Shown: piece after piece, positions 38,810 to 48,978 of the stretch | Layout of the letters: every line of letters starts with the position of its first letter | Position numbering within the stretch: position 1 is the first letter of the stretch | NCBI GenBank assembly: GCA_963718645.1 | Contig: OY970373.1 | Span: 1,771,730 to 1,835,729, forward strand | Direction of reading: 5' to 3' | Length of the DNA: 64,000 nucleotides | Source of the DNA: an uncultured Acidobacteriota bacterium | GTDB taxonomy: Bacteria; Acidobacteriota; Thermoanaerobaculia; Multivoradales; UBA5704 | Translations under genes and position numbers: made by a program | Notes under the pieces: generated by a model | What the model saw: only the letters and a program-made list of their open reading frames with translations | What the model was told of the DNA's origin: nothing | Database searches by the model: none

Positions 38810-39757
38810 ATGGCAATCTCCGACTCTCAGTTCGACGAACCCCTGAACGAGCTCCGGCGCCGCATCCAGGAGCTGGAAGGATTCCCCGAGGGGCAGGAGA
38901 AGGAGCTGGAGCGCCTGCGCGGCACCCTGCGGAAGACCACCACCGAGGTCTATGGCGGCCTCAACCGCTGGCAGAAGACCCTGGTGGCCCGCCATCAGGA
39001 TCGCCCGTACACCCTCGAATACGTCCAGGCGCTGATGACCGATTGGGTCGAGATCCACGGCGACCGCGCGTTCGGGGACGATCCCGCCATCGTGGCCGGA
39101 TTCGCGGAGTTCCGCGGCCGGAGCGTGGCGGTGATCGGCCATCACAAGGGGCGCGACACCAAGGAGCGGATCTACCGCAACTTCGGCCAGCCCCGCCCCG
39201 AGGGGTACCGCAAGGCGCTGCGGGTGATGAAGATGGCGGAGCGGTTCGGCCGCCCCGTGCTCACTTTCATCGACACCGCCGGCGCCTATCCCGGGCTCGA
39301 CGCCGAGGAGCGCGGCCAGGCCGAGGCGATCGCCCGCAACCTCATCGAGATGGCCGTGCTGGAGGTGCCGATCATCGCCACCGTCACCGGCGAGGGGGGG
39401 AGCGGCGGCGCGCTGGCGCTGGGGGTGGGCGACCGCGTGTACATGCTGGAGTACGCGACCTACTCGGTGATCTCGCCCGAGGGGTGCGCGGCCATCCTCT
39501 GGAAGGACCAGGACCGCAAGAACGAGGCCGCCGAGGCGATGAAGATCACGGCGCCCGACCTGCTGGCCCTGGGCGTCGTCGACGAGATCATCCCCGAGCC
39601 CCCCGGCGGCGCCCATACCGATCCGGAAGTCGCCTGCCGGCGGGTGGGGGACGTCCTCGAGCGGGCGCTCAACGATCTGCTGCGCCTGCCCACCAAGGAG
39701 CTGATCGCTCGCCGCTACGAGAAGTTCCGGGCCCTCGGAGCCTTCGACGAAGGGTAA
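38810..39757 (+). CDS. accA: Acetyl-CoA carboxylase carboxyltransferase alpha subunit
   Basis: HGDRAFGDD, PEGYRKALR, DTAGAYPG, GEGGSGGALA, YSVISPEG. Confidence 0.97.
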   Translation: MAISDSQFDEPLNELRRRIQELEGFPEGQEKELERLRGTLRKTTTEVYGGLNRWQKTLVARHQDRPYTLEYVQALMTDWVEIHGDRAFGDDPAIVAGFAEFRGRSVAVIGHHKGRDTKERIYRNFGQPRPEGYRKALRVMKMAERFGRPVLTFIDTAGAYPGLDAEERGQAEAIARNLIEMAVLEVPIIATVTGEGGSGGALALGVGDRVYMLEYATYSVISPEGCAAILWKDQDRKNEAAEAMKITAPDLLALGVVDEIIPEPPGGAHTDPEVACRRVGDVLERALNDLLRLPTKELIARRYEKFRALGAFDEG

Positions 39758-39763
39758 CGACCG

Positions 39764-41446
39764 TTGAGCTCGCCGGTGGAGTGGGTGGCCGCGCCGGTGC
39801 CGGAGAGCGCTGCCGGTCTCGAACGGGACGGGGTGGCGCCCTGGCTCGCGGCGTTGCTCGCGCGGCGCGGCGTCGAGGACGCGCGCGGCGCGGAGCGCTT
39901 CCTGCACCCCTCGCTCGACCAGCTCCACGATCCCTTCCTGCTGGCGGGGATGGAGGAGGGGGTGGCGCGGCTGATCGCGGCCCGCGACGCCAGGGAGACG
40001 GTGGCCATCGTCGGCGACTACGACGTCGACGGCATCTCCTCGACGGCGCTGCTGCTGGCCGTGTTCGCCGCGTGCAAGATCGAGGCGAAGCCGATCCTTC
40101 CCAACCGTCTGCGCGAGGGGTACGGCTTCCAGGCCGTCCACGTCGAGCGGGCGCGGGAGATGGGGTGCCGGCTGATCGTCACCGCCGACTGCGGCAGCTC
40201 GTCGGTCGAGGCGGTGGAGGCGGCGCAGGCGGTGGGGATCGACGTGCTGGTCACCGATCACCACCTGCCGGGGTGCGCGCTGCCGGCCGGGGCGCTGCAC
40301 ATCAATCCGCGGCAGGAAGGGTGCACCTACCCCTTCCGCGACCTGGCGGCGGTGGGGCTCGCCTTCAAGCTGGCGCTGGCGCTCACCCGGCGCTGCGGCA
40401 AGGACGTCGATCCGGAACCGCTGCTGCGCATCGCCTGCCTGGGCACCATCGCCGACCTGGTGCCGCTGCACGGCGAGAACCGGGTGATCGCCGCCCTCGG
40501 GCTGAAGGCGCTGGCGGCCGCAAAGTCGCAGGGACTGAAGGCGCTCATCCTGCAATCGGGGATGAAGCCCCCCTTCACGGCGTCCGACGTCGGCTTCCGG
40601 CTCGGACCGCGGATCAACGCGGCGGGGCGGCTGCACGAGCCGGAGCGGGCGCTGGAGCTGCTGATGAGCCGCGACGCGGACCGCTCCGCGGTGCTCGCCG
40701 CCGAGCTCGACGGCTGGAACCGCGAGCGGCAGACGGCGGAGACCCGGGTGGTGGAGGAGGCGCGGCAGGTCTTTGCCGAGCGCGAGGCGACCGGCGGTCT
40801 GCCGCCGATCCTGGTCGGCTGGAGCCCCGGCTGGCACAAGGGGGTCGTCGGGGTGGCGGCGGGGCGGCTGGCCAAGGACTTCCACCGGCCGGTGGTGCTG
40901 CTGGCGGTGGAGAACGGCCTGGCCACCGGCTCGGGCCGCAGCGTGCCGGGGCTGGAGCTGCACGGCTTCCTGGCCGACTGGAAGGAGCGGATGGAGCGCT
41001 TCGGCGGCCACGCGCAGGCGATCGGGCTGAGCGTCGCCACCGACCGGCTGGAGGCGCTGAGAGCTGAGTGGGAGGCGGCGGGGAAGGCGTGGCCCCCCGA
41101 GCTGCTGGCGCGGCGGGTGGAGTACGAGCTCCACCTCGAGCCGCGCGAGGTCACGCCCCGTCTGCTGGCCCAGTTGGGCGCCCTGGAGCCGTTCGGCCAG
41201 GGGAACCCCCGGCCGCTCCTGCGCACCGGCCCGCTGCGGCTCGACGGCGTGCCGCGCAACTTCGGCAAGGGGCACCTCTCGGCCCGGGCGCGGGGGGAGG
41301 ACGGCAGCGCCGTCGAGCTGCTGGGATGGCGCTGGGAGGAGCGGGCGGAGAGCCTGCGCGGCAGCTTCGAGGTTCTCGCCTGCGTCGAGAACGACACCTA
41401 TCGCGGGGGCCCGGTGCTGCGGCTGGTCGACAGCCGCCCCTGCTGA
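39764..41446 (+). CDS. recJ: ssDNA exonuclease RecJ
   Basis: GDYDVDG, TADCG, TDHH, GTIADLVPL, PRINAAGR, GSGRS, FGGHAQA. Confidence 0.95.
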   Translation: MSSPVEWVAAPVPESAAGLERDGVAPWLAALLARRGVEDARGAERFLHPSLDQLHDPFLLAGMEEGVARLIAARDARETVAIVGDYDVDGISSTALLLAVFAACKIEAKPILPNRLREGYGFQAVHVERAREMGCRLIVTADCGSSSVEAVEAAQAVGIDVLVTDHHLPGCALPAGALHINPRQEGCTYPFRDLAAVGLAFKLALALTRRCGKDVDPEPLLRIACLGTIADLVPLHGENRVIAALGLKALAAAKSQGLKALILQSGMKPPFTASDVGFRLGPRINAAGRLHEPERALELLMSRDADRSAVLAAELDGWNRERQTAETRVVEEARQVFAEREATGGLPPILVGWSPGWHKGVVGVAAGRLAKDFHRPVVLLAVENGLATGSGRSVPGLELHGFLADWKERMERFGGHAQAIGLSVATDRLEALRAEWEAAGKAWPPELLARRVEYELHLEPREVTPRLLAQLGALEPFGQGNPRPLLRTGPLRLDGVPRNFGKGHLSARARGEDGSAVELLGWRWEERAESLRGSFEVLACVENDTYRGGPVLRLVDSRPC

Positions 41447-41484
41447 ACGGTTTCGCCAGGATCACACACTAGAATCCGCACCTG

Positions 41485-43581
41485 ATGCCACGCAAAGCCC
41501 GTTCCCCCGTCGCCGCCTTCCGCAAGCTCCTGCTCGTGGTGCTGGTGCTCGTCGTCCTGGGGATCGCCGGGCTCTTCCTGTTCGGCAAGGCGGGGCAGCG
41601 CACCCAGGAGAAGCCCACCCGCGCCGAGGACGCCGGCGGCCCCAAGGGGACGACCCTGATCGGCGAGGACTTCGACTACACCTTCACGGACGGTGCCCGG
41701 CCGGTCTTCCACATCAAGGGGGAGAGCATCAAGGCCGACCGCGAGGGGACCCTCTTCCTCGACCGCGTCGCCGTCACCCTCTGGGACCGCCAGGGGCGGA
41801 TCTTCCACGTCGAGAGCAAGAACGCCAGCTTCAACCGTGAGTCCAACGAGGGGGTGCTCCAGGGGAATGTCGTGCTGCGCGGCCCCAACGACCTCGAGCT
41901 GCGCACCGCCCAACTGAACCTCCAGGACAAGGGGGACACGGTGACCAGCGACGTGCCGGTCGAGATCCACTACGCGAGCAAGTACATCGCCCACGCCGGC
42001 AAGATGAACGTCGACATCTCCGGCGAGGAGTACACCCTCCAGGCGGGCGCCCGCGTCGAGAGCGTCCCCGGGACGGTGCCGCCGGTGCTGATCAACGCCC
42101 AGCGGCTGATCTACGACCGCCAGAAGCACTGGCTGCGCGCCGAAGGGGGAGCGGGGATCGTGCGCGGCGCCGACCGGCTGGCGGCGGGGCGGATCTACGG
42201 CAACCTGTCGGACGACGAGAAGGCGCTCACCTTCGTTCACGCCTTCTTCGACATCGAGGGGGAGACCCACTCCGAGGCGAAGCCGGCGGCGGGCCGGCCG
42301 CCGACCACCGTGCGGTTCAAGGGGGGCAAGGACCTCGCCGTGAGCTTCGTGAAGGAGCAGAACCAGCCCAGCCACGTCGAGTTCGAGGCGCCGGACGACG
42401 GCCGCGTCGAGATGACCTCGGCCGGCGGCGGGATCGTCCGTACACTGACCGCCCGGCGGATCGGCGGCTCGCTGGAGAACCGGGTGCTGAGCGCGGCCGA
42501 CGCGACGGGGGGCGTGGAGATCCGCGAGATCTCGCAGGTGGCGGGCAAGACCGCGCTGCGCCAGGCCACCGGCCAGCGCGGCGCGGCGACCTTCAAGCCC
42601 GACGGCCAGCTCGCCACCATGGAGCTCGACAACAACGTCGTCTACCACGACGGCCAGGTCTCCGCCACCGGCGACCAGGGGACGCTCGACATGGAGCAGG
42701 GGCGGGGCGAGTTCACCGGCAACCCGGTGGTGGTCACCAGCGACCGCGGGAAGATCGAGGCGCCGCGGATGGTATACAACACCGACCAGCAGATCGTGAA
42801 CGCCCGCGGCGGTGTGCGCGCGCTGCTGCAGAAAGTGGAGGACACGGCGATGGCGGGCACGCCTCTTGCTAACGGGGAGGGGCCAGTGCACGTGGAATCG
42901 CAAGAGGCCTTCTGGCGGCAGCAGCCCTCGTCCTTCATCTTCCGTGGCGATGTCCGCGCCTGGCGTGGCGACAACCTGCTGCTGGCGCCCGAGCTGCGGG
43001 GGGACAAGGCGGCCGATCAGCTCAACGCCACGGGCGGGGTGAAGTCGCTGTTCTATCCCACCAGCGAGGGGAAGAGCTCCACCCCGACGACCACCGCCGG
43101 CGCGAAGCCGGGCGAGAAGGCGAAGCCGATCCAGGCCACGGCGAGCGACCTCCAGTATCAGCAGAAGAACGGCGTGCTGATCTACACCGGCAACGTCCGC
43201 GTCGACCAGGAGGGGAAGACCATCACCTGCCAGAAGATGGAGGTCGACCTCGGGGCCGACCACCAGGCCAAGACGATGATCTGCACCGGCGACGTCAAGG
43301 TCAACGACCCCAAAGTAGGACGCAAGATCTCCGGGCAGAAGGCGGTCTACCAGGTGAATCAGCGGCAGGTCGACATCACCGGCGAGCCGGTGTCGATGAC
43401 CGACAAGGACGGCAACCAGGTGCGCGGCAAGCGGGTGCTGTACTACGTCGACGACGGCCGGGCGGTGGTGCAGGGCAAGGAGGGGGAGGCCAATCCTGCC
43501 CCTGCCATCCTGGAACCGGGAAAGCCCGACGCCGGCAAGCCGGCCAAACAGCCGGCCAAGCCGCCGGGGAGCGCGCGATGA
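41485..43581 (+). CDS. Long LptC/LptA (OstA beta-jellyroll) LPS export protein
   Basis: N-terminal TM then repeated beta-jellyroll motifs ([22 protein letters not shown]); directly upstream of lptB. Confidence 0.8.
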   Translation: MPRKARSPVAAFRKLLLVVLVLVVLGIAGLFLFGKAGQRTQEKPTRAEDAGGPKGTTLIGEDFDYTFTDGARPVFHIKGESIKADREGTLFLDRVAVTLWDRQGRIFHVESKNASFNRESNEGVLQGNVVLRGPNDLELRTAQLNLQDKGDTVTSDVPVEIHYASKYIAHAGKMNVDISGEEYTLQAGARVESVPGTVPPVLINAQRLIYDRQKHWLRAEGGAGIVRGADRLAAGRIYGNLSDDEKALTFVHAFFDIEGETHSEAKPAAGRPPTTVRFKGGKDLAVSFVKEQNQPSHVEFEAPDDGRVEMTSAGGGIVRTLTARRIGGSLENRVLSAADATGGVEIREISQVAGKTALRQATGQRGAATFKPDGQLATMELDNNVVYHDGQVSATGDQGTLDMEQGRGEFTGNPVVVTSDRGKIEAPRMVYNTDQQIVNARGGVRALLQKVEDTAMAGTPLANGEGPVHVESQEAFWRQQPSSFIFRGDVRAWRGDNLLLAPELRGDKAADQLNATGGVKSLFYPTSEGKSSTPTTTAGAKPGEKAKPIQATASDLQYQQKNGVLIYTGNVRVDQEGKTITCQKMEVDLGADHQAKTMICTGDVKVNDPKVGRKISGQKAVYQVNQRQVDITGEPVSMTDKDGNQVRGKRVLYYVDDGRAVVQGKEGEANPAPAILEPGKPDAGKPAKQPAKPPGSAR

Positions 43582-44360
43582 CCGAGCCGGCGAAGGGATC
43601 GTCGCTGACCGGGCCGCTCCGCGAGCCCCCCGAGGAGTCGCGGAAGCTCGCCACCACCAACCTGCGCAAGGTCTACCGTGGCCGCGCGGTGGTGCAGGAC
43701 GTCTCGATCGACGTCGGCCCGGGCGAGATCGTCGGGCTGCTGGGCCCCAACGGCGCCGGCAAGACGACCACCTTCTACATGGTGGTGGGGCTCACCCCGC
43801 CCGACTCCGGGACCGTGCTGCTGGGCGAGGAGGACATCACCGAGCTGCCGATGTACCTGCGGGCGCAGCGGGGGATCAGCTACCTCCCCCAGGAGCCGTC
43901 GGTCTTCCGCCGCATGTCCGTCGAGGACAACCTGCGGGCGATCTTCGAGACCATCGACCTCTCGCACGCCGAGCAGGAGCGGCGGATCGACCAGCTCATC
44001 GCCGACCTCGGCCTCTCCAAGGTGCGGCGCACCAAAGGCGCCCTGCTCTCGGGCGGCGAGCGGCGGCGGGTGGAGATCGCCCGCGCGCTGGTCATCAGCC
44101 CGTGGTATATCCTCCTCGACGAGCCGTTCGCCGGGATCGACCCGATCGCCGTGCTCGACATCCAGGGGATCATCCGCCACCTCAAGTCGATGGGCATCGG
44201 CATCCTGATCACCGACCATAACGTGCGGGAAACATTGAAAATAACCGACCGGGCCTATATCATCAACAACGGCGAAATCCTGCGTGCCGGCACCCCGCTC
44301 GAGCTGTCGACGGACCCGCAGGTCCGAAAAATCTATCTCGGAGAAGACTTCACTCTGTAG
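43578..44360 (+). CDS. lptB: LPS export ABC ATPase
   Basis: [55 protein letters not shown]. Confidence 0.96.
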   Translation: MTEPAKGSSLTGPLREPPEESRKLATTNLRKVYRGRAVVQDVSIDVGPGEIVGLLGPNGAGKTTTFYMVVGLTPPDSGTVLLGEEDITELPMYLRAQRGISYLPQEPSVFRRMSVEDNLRAIFETIDLSHAEQERRIDQLIADLGLSKVRRTKGALLSGGERRRVEIARALVISPWYILLDEPFAGIDPIAVLDIQGIIRHLKSMGIGILITDHNVRETLKITDRAYIINNGEILRAGTPLELSTDPQVRKIYLGEDFTL

Positions 44361-44372
44361 GGCATGGTCTGA

Positions 44373-45833
44373 ATGGCGTTAGAGCAAAAACTTTCACTGC
44401 GGATGTCGCAGAAGCTGGTGATGACGCCTTCGTTGCAGCAGGCGATCAAGCTTCTGCAGATGACTCGTATGGAGCTCGACACCCTCCTCACCCAGGAGCT
44501 GGTGGAGAACCCGGTCCTCGAAGAGTCCGAGATCACCGACGAGGAGACCCCCGCCCGCGAGGAGGAGGCGATCGTCCCCGAGCCGCCGCCCAACGGCGAC
44601 GGCCTCGACCACGAGAAGTCGATGGAGAACATCGACCTCGACGCCTACTTCGGCGACTACTGGGAGGGCTCCGGGCAATCCTCGATGATGGAGGAGCGCG
44701 AGGAGCCGCCGATCGAGAACAGCCTTCGCCGCGAGGCCGACCTCTACGACCACCTGCTCTGGCAGCTCCACATGGCGGCGGAGGTCACCCCGCGCCAGCG
44801 CGAGATCGTCGAGCTGATCATCGGCAACCTCAACCCCGACGGCTTCCTGGTCGCCACCCTCGAAGAGATCCTGGCGATGGGCGAGGCCGAGGAGCGCTGC
44901 TACACGCTGCGGGAGATCGAGGAGGCGCTCGCCATCGTGCGCTCGTTCGATCCGCCGGGCATCGCCTGCGTCGACCTGCGCGAGAGCCTGCTGCTCCAGA
45001 TGGACATCAAGGAGATCCCCCCCGAGTCGCTGGCGCGGCGGATGATCGCCGAGGCCTGGGACCTCTTCCTGCGCCGGCAGTTCCCGGCGGTGGCCAAGAA
45101 GCTGGGGGTCGAGCTGGCCGAGCTGGAGGCGGCGCTGGAGGACGTGCGGACGCTGGAGACCCACCCCGGCCGCCAGTTCAGCACCGACCGGCCGCACTAC
45201 ATCGAGCCCGACGTCTTCGTCCGCCGGGTCGGCGAAGAGTACGTGATCCAGCTCAACGACGACGGCCTCCCCCGGCTGCGGGTCAGCCGCGCCTACCGCC
45301 GCATGCTCCAGACCATGCGCAGCGAGGGGCGGCAGAACGAGGCCCAGGCGTTCATCAAGGACAAGATCCGCTCGGCGGTCTGGCTGATCAAGAGCCTCGA
45401 CCAGCGCCAGCGCACCATCTACAAGGTCGCGGCGTCGATCGTCCGCCAGCAGCGCGAGTTCCTCGACCGCGGCATCGAGCACCTGCGGCCGATGGTGCTG
45501 CGCGATGTCGCCGAGGACATCGGGATGCACGAGTCGACGGTCAGCCGCGTGGTCTCCAACAAGTACATCCACACCCAGCGCGGCCTGTTCCCGATGAAGT
45601 TCTTCTTCCACAGCGGGATCGACCGCGAGTACGGCGACAACATCTCCTCCCTCACCGTCAAGCGGAAGATCGAGCAGATGGTCCAGGCCGAGGACCCCAA
45701 GCGGCCGCTCTCCGACAGCGAGCTGATGCGGATCCTCAACCGCGAGGGGATCCAGATCGCGCGCCGCACCGTGGCCAAGTACCGCGACGAGCTGAGCATC
45801 CCCTCGTCGACCGACAGGAAGCAGATCTTCTGA
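44373..45833 (+). CDS. rpoN: RNA polymerase sigma-54 factor
   Basis: MTPSLQQAIKLLQ, HESTVSR, ARRTVAKYR (RpoN box). Confidence 0.97.
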   Translation: MALEQKLSLRMSQKLVMTPSLQQAIKLLQMTRMELDTLLTQELVENPVLEESEITDEETPAREEEAIVPEPPPNGDGLDHEKSMENIDLDAYFGDYWEGSGQSSMMEEREEPPIENSLRREADLYDHLLWQLHMAAEVTPRQREIVELIIGNLNPDGFLVATLEEILAMGEAEERCYTLREIEEALAIVRSFDPPGIACVDLRESLLLQMDIKEIPPESLARRMIAEAWDLFLRRQFPAVAKKLGVELAELEAALEDVRTLETHPGRQFSTDRPHYIEPDVFVRRVGEEYVIQLNDDGLPRLRVSRAYRRMLQTMRSEGRQNEAQAFIKDKIRSAVWLIKSLDQRQRTIYKVAASIVRQQREFLDRGIEHLRPMVLRDVAEDIGMHESTVSRVVSNKYIHTQRGLFPMKFFFHSGIDREYGDNISSLTVKRKIEQMVQAEDPKRPLSDSELMRILNREGIQIARRTVAKYRDELSIPSSTDRKQIF

Positions 45834-45834
45834 G

Positions 45835-46290
45835 GTGGAGCTGGGCGCGCTGACCCGGCCGGAGCTGATCTTCCCCGACCTGCCGGCGACCGACCCCGAG
45901 GGGGTGCTCCGCGCCCTGGCCGCGCGCGTCGAGGCCTCCGGCCAGGTGCGCAACGGCGACGAGCTCTTCCAGCGGCTCTGGGAGCGCGAGCAGCTCGGCT
46001 CGACCGGCATCGGCCAGGGAGTGGCGATCCCGCACTGCAAGCTCAAGGGGTTGCGCCACGGCGTGGTGGCGGTCGGCCTGGTGCCGTCCGGGGTGGACTT
46101 CGGCGCCGCCGACGGCCAGCCGGTCCAGGTCTTCTTCCTGGTCGTCTCGCCCGCCGAATCGCCCGCCGAGCACCTGCAGATCCTGGCCGCCCTGTCGCGC
46201 TGGCTCAAGTCCGGCCGGCACGCCGGACGCCTGCTCACCCTCCGCGACCCCGCACAGGTGTACGATCTCCTTCGCGGTGAGTCCGACTGA
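45835..46290 (+). CDS. ptsN: PTS EIIA (Ntr/Fru type)
   Basis: REQLGSTGIGQGVAIPH, DFGAADG. Confidence 0.9.
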   Translation: MELGALTRPELIFPDLPATDPEGVLRALAARVEASGQVRNGDELFQRLWEREQLGSTGIGQGVAIPHCKLKGLRHGVVAVGLVPSGVDFGAADGQPVQVFFLVVSPAESPAEHLQILAALSRWLKSGRHAGRLLTLRDPAQVYDLLRGESD

Positions 46291-46308
46291 CCATGCAACC
46301 CGAGCGAT

Positions 46309-47277
46309 ATGCAGCCTGAAATCCTGAATGCCGCCGTGCCGGTGGCGGAGCTGCTGGAGGAGGAGCTCGGCTACCTCCACCTCAGCGTCCTCTCGGGCGA
46401 GCGCCACCTCGACAACCTGATCACCCATCCGCGGGTGCAGAAGCCGGGGCTCGCCTTCGCCGGCTACTACGAGTACATCAAGCCCGGTCGCGTGCAGATC
46501 ATCGGCGAGAGCGAGGCCGAGTACCTGAAGACGCTCACCGAGGACCAGCGGCTGGAGCGGCTCGACACCATCACCGGCCTGCCGGTGCCGGTGTTCGTCA
46601 TCACCAAGGGGCTGCCGCCCCTCCCCGGCTTCCTCTCCCTGTGCCTGAACCGCGAGGTGCCCGTCCTCTCGTCTCCCGCCCTCTCCTCGACCGTCATCAA
46701 GGGGATCAGCTACTTCCTCGAGGACCACCTGGTGCCCTCGACCTCCCTGCACGGCGTGCTGCTGGAGATCTACGGCCTCGGCGTGCTGCTGATCGGCGAG
46801 AGCGGAGTGGGGAAGAGCGAGTCGGCGCTCGACCTGATCACCCGCGGCCACAGCCTGGTGGCGGACGACAAGGTGCAGATCAAGCGCTACCCGAACGGCG
46901 AGCTGGTCGGCTACAACGAGGGCCCGCTGCGGCACCATATGGAGTTGAGGGGGATCGGGATCATCAACGTGCAGGACCTCTTCGGCCTCGCCTCGGTGCG
47001 CGAGCGGACCACCATCGACCTGGTCATCGAGCTGGAGCACTGGAAGGACGGCCAGGCCTACGACCGGCTGGGGCTCGACGAGTCCGTGTTCCATATCCTG
47101 GAGACCCCCTGCCCCTACATCCGCATGCCGGTCGCCATCGGGCGCAACATCAGCATCCTGGTCGAGATCGCGGCGCGCAACCACGTGCTGAAACTGCAGG
47201 GACATCACTCCGCCCGGGAGTTTGCGCGCAAACTCGAGGCCCAGCTTGAGCGAAATCGAAAAGGCCCCACCCGCTAG
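46309..47277 (+). CDS. hprK: HPr kinase/phosphorylase
   Basis: HGVLLEIYG, GESGVGKSE, GHSLVADD, MELRGIGII. Confidence 0.95.
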   Translation: MQPEILNAAVPVAELLEEELGYLHLSVLSGERHLDNLITHPRVQKPGLAFAGYYEYIKPGRVQIIGESEAEYLKTLTEDQRLERLDTITGLPVPVFVITKGLPPLPGFLSLCLNREVPVLSSPALSSTVIKGISYFLEDHLVPSTSLHGVLLEIYGLGVLLIGESGVGKSESALDLITRGHSLVADDKVQIKRYPNGELVGYNEGPLRHHMELRGIGIINVQDLFGLASVRERTTIDLVIELEHWKDGQAYDRLGLDESVFHILETPCPYIRMPVAIGRNISILVEIAARNHVLKLQGHHSAREFARKLEAQLERNRKGPTR

Positions 47278-48151
47278 CTCCCCGCAGGATACCGCCCGGC
47301 TGGTCATCATCACCGGCCTCTCCGGCTCGGGGAAGAGCGTCGTCGCCAAGTGCTTCGAGGATCTCTCGTACTACACGGTCGACAACCTCCCGCTGCCGCT
47401 GCTGCGCACTTTCCTCGACAACCCGCTGGAGCTGGTGGGGGGGATCGACCGTATCGCCGTGGTCACCGACGTGCGCGCGCCCGGCTTCGCCGAGGAGTTC
47501 CCGCGCCTCTTCGCCGAGATCGACCGCGAGCGGATCGATCCGCGGCTGCTCTTCCTGGAGGCCTCCGACGAGGTCCTGGTGCGCCGCTTCTCGGAGACCC
47601 GCCGGCCGCACCCGCTGGCGCCCGACCAACCGGTGATCGAGGGGATCCGCCGCGAGCGCGAGATGCTGGCCGAGCTGCGGACGCGCGCCGATATGGTGTT
47701 CGACACCAGCGCCTGGTCGATCCATGAGATCCGCAGCCAGGTGTACCGCGAGTTCGCCACCCATCCCGGCGAAGAGCCCGGGATGGTCGTCTCGCTGGTA
47801 AGCTTCGGCTTCAAGCACGGCATTCCCTACGGCACCGACCTGCTGTTCGATGTCCGCTTCCTGCCCAATCCCCACTTCGTGCCGGGGCTGCGCGAGCAGA
47901 CGGGGCAGGACGAGGGGGTTCAGGAGTTCCTCGATCAGCAGCCGGATTTCGAGGAGGTGATCCGGCGGCTCGACGACCTCCTGGCGTACCTGCTGCCGCG
48001 TTACCGCCGGGAGAACCGGAGCTACCTGTCGGTGGCGATCGGCTGCACGGGCGGTCGGCACCGGTCGGTGGCGGTGGCCGAGCGTCTGAAGGGGAGGCTG
48101 GAAGAGCAGGGCTGGCCGGCGCGGGTGATCCATCGGGATATTTCCCGCTAA
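47246..48151 (+). CDS. rapZ: RapZ/YvcJ P-loop protein
   Basis: ITGLSGSGKS, DNLP, ETRRPHPL, SFGFKHG, DVRFLPNP, GCTGGRHRSV; start uncertain. Confidence 0.93.
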   Translation: MSEIEKAPPASSPQDTARLVIITGLSGSGKSVVAKCFEDLSYYTVDNLPLPLLRTFLDNPLELVGGIDRIAVVTDVRAPGFAEEFPRLFAEIDRERIDPRLLFLEASDEVLVRRFSETRRPHPLAPDQPVIEGIRREREMLAELRTRADMVFDTSAWSIHEIRSQVYREFATHPGEEPGMVVSLVSFGFKHGIPYGTDLLFDVRFLPNPHFVPGLREQTGQDEGVQEFLDQQPDFEEVIRRLDDLLAYLLPRYRRENRSYLSVAIGCTGGRHRSVAVAERLKGRLEEQGWPARVIHRDISR

Positions 48152-48254
48152 ACGCGCATTTCAGCTAGGCACGGAATCGCCGTGCGAAGTTGCGGGTTAA
48201 CTATAGAGGGCTCAAGCTTCCACAGTCTTTCGGAAGCGAAGGTGTTCTGACACG

Positions 48255-48716
48255 ATGATCGGAAAACTGCTGTTGACGCATGGCGGCCTGGCGCGCGAGC
48301 TGCTGGCCGCTGCCGATAAGATCTCCGGCCGCCTGAGCGGCTTCGAGGCGCTGTCCCTGGACTGGGGCGAAGGTTTCGACCAGGCGAGGGTCAGGGTGGG
48401 AGAGGCCCTGGAGCGGCTCGACCAGGGAGAGGGGGTGTTGGTGCTGACCGACGTCTACGGCGGCACCCCCTGCAACATCGCGATGACCTACTACCAGCCG
48501 GGGAAGGTCGAGGTCCTGGCTGGAGTCAACCTGCCCATGATCCTGCGCATGGCCTGCCAAGCCGGGATGGACGGCGGCAGGACCGTCGCCGACCTCGCCC
48601 ATCTGCTGCAGGAGAAGGGGCAGCGGGGCGTCTGCCTGGCCGGCGAGCTGGAGGAGGGGCGGAAATGCACCTTCAAGCGGCCGGCCGAAGCACTGGCGGA
48701 GAAGCGGCATGATTGA
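48255..48716 (+). CDS. PTS EIIA, mannose/fructose/sorbose family
   Basis: LLTHG, LTDVYGGTPCN, GVNLPMIL. Confidence 0.9.
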   Translation: MIGKLLLTHGGLARELLAAADKISGRLSGFEALSLDWGEGFDQARVRVGEALERLDQGEGVLVLTDVYGGTPCNIAMTYYQPGKVEVLAGVNLPMILRMACQAGMDGGRTVADLAHLLQEKGQRGVCLAGELEEGRKCTFKRPAEALAEKRHD

Positions 48717-48978
48717 GCGCGAGACCGAGATCGTCAACCGTCTCGGCCTGCACGCCCGCGCGGCGGCGAAGCTGGTGCACATGGCCGGCAGCTTCCAGAG
48801 CCGGGTCACCGTGCTGAAGGACGGCGAGGAGGTCGACGCCAAGAGCATCCTCGGCATCCTGCTGCTGGCGGCGGGGCAGGGGAGCCAGATCGTTGTCCGC
48901 GCCGAAGGCCAGGACGAGGCCGAAGCGCTCCAGGCCGTGACCACGCTGATCGCCAACCGATTCGACGAGGAGAGCTGA
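48709..48978 (+). CDS. ptsH: Phosphocarrier HPr
   Basis: GLHARAA (His15), DAKSILG (Ser46). Confidence 0.95.
   Translation: MIERETEIVNRLGLHARAAAKLVHMAGSFQSRVTVLKDGEEVDAKSILGILLLAAGQGSQIVVRAEGQDEAEALQAVTTLIANRFDEES

Noticed and set aside
48160-48200. Sigma-54 site upstream of the EIIA-Man gene (AGGCACGGAATCGC)
   Set aside because: Spacing is GG-N9-GC, not the required GG-N10-GC
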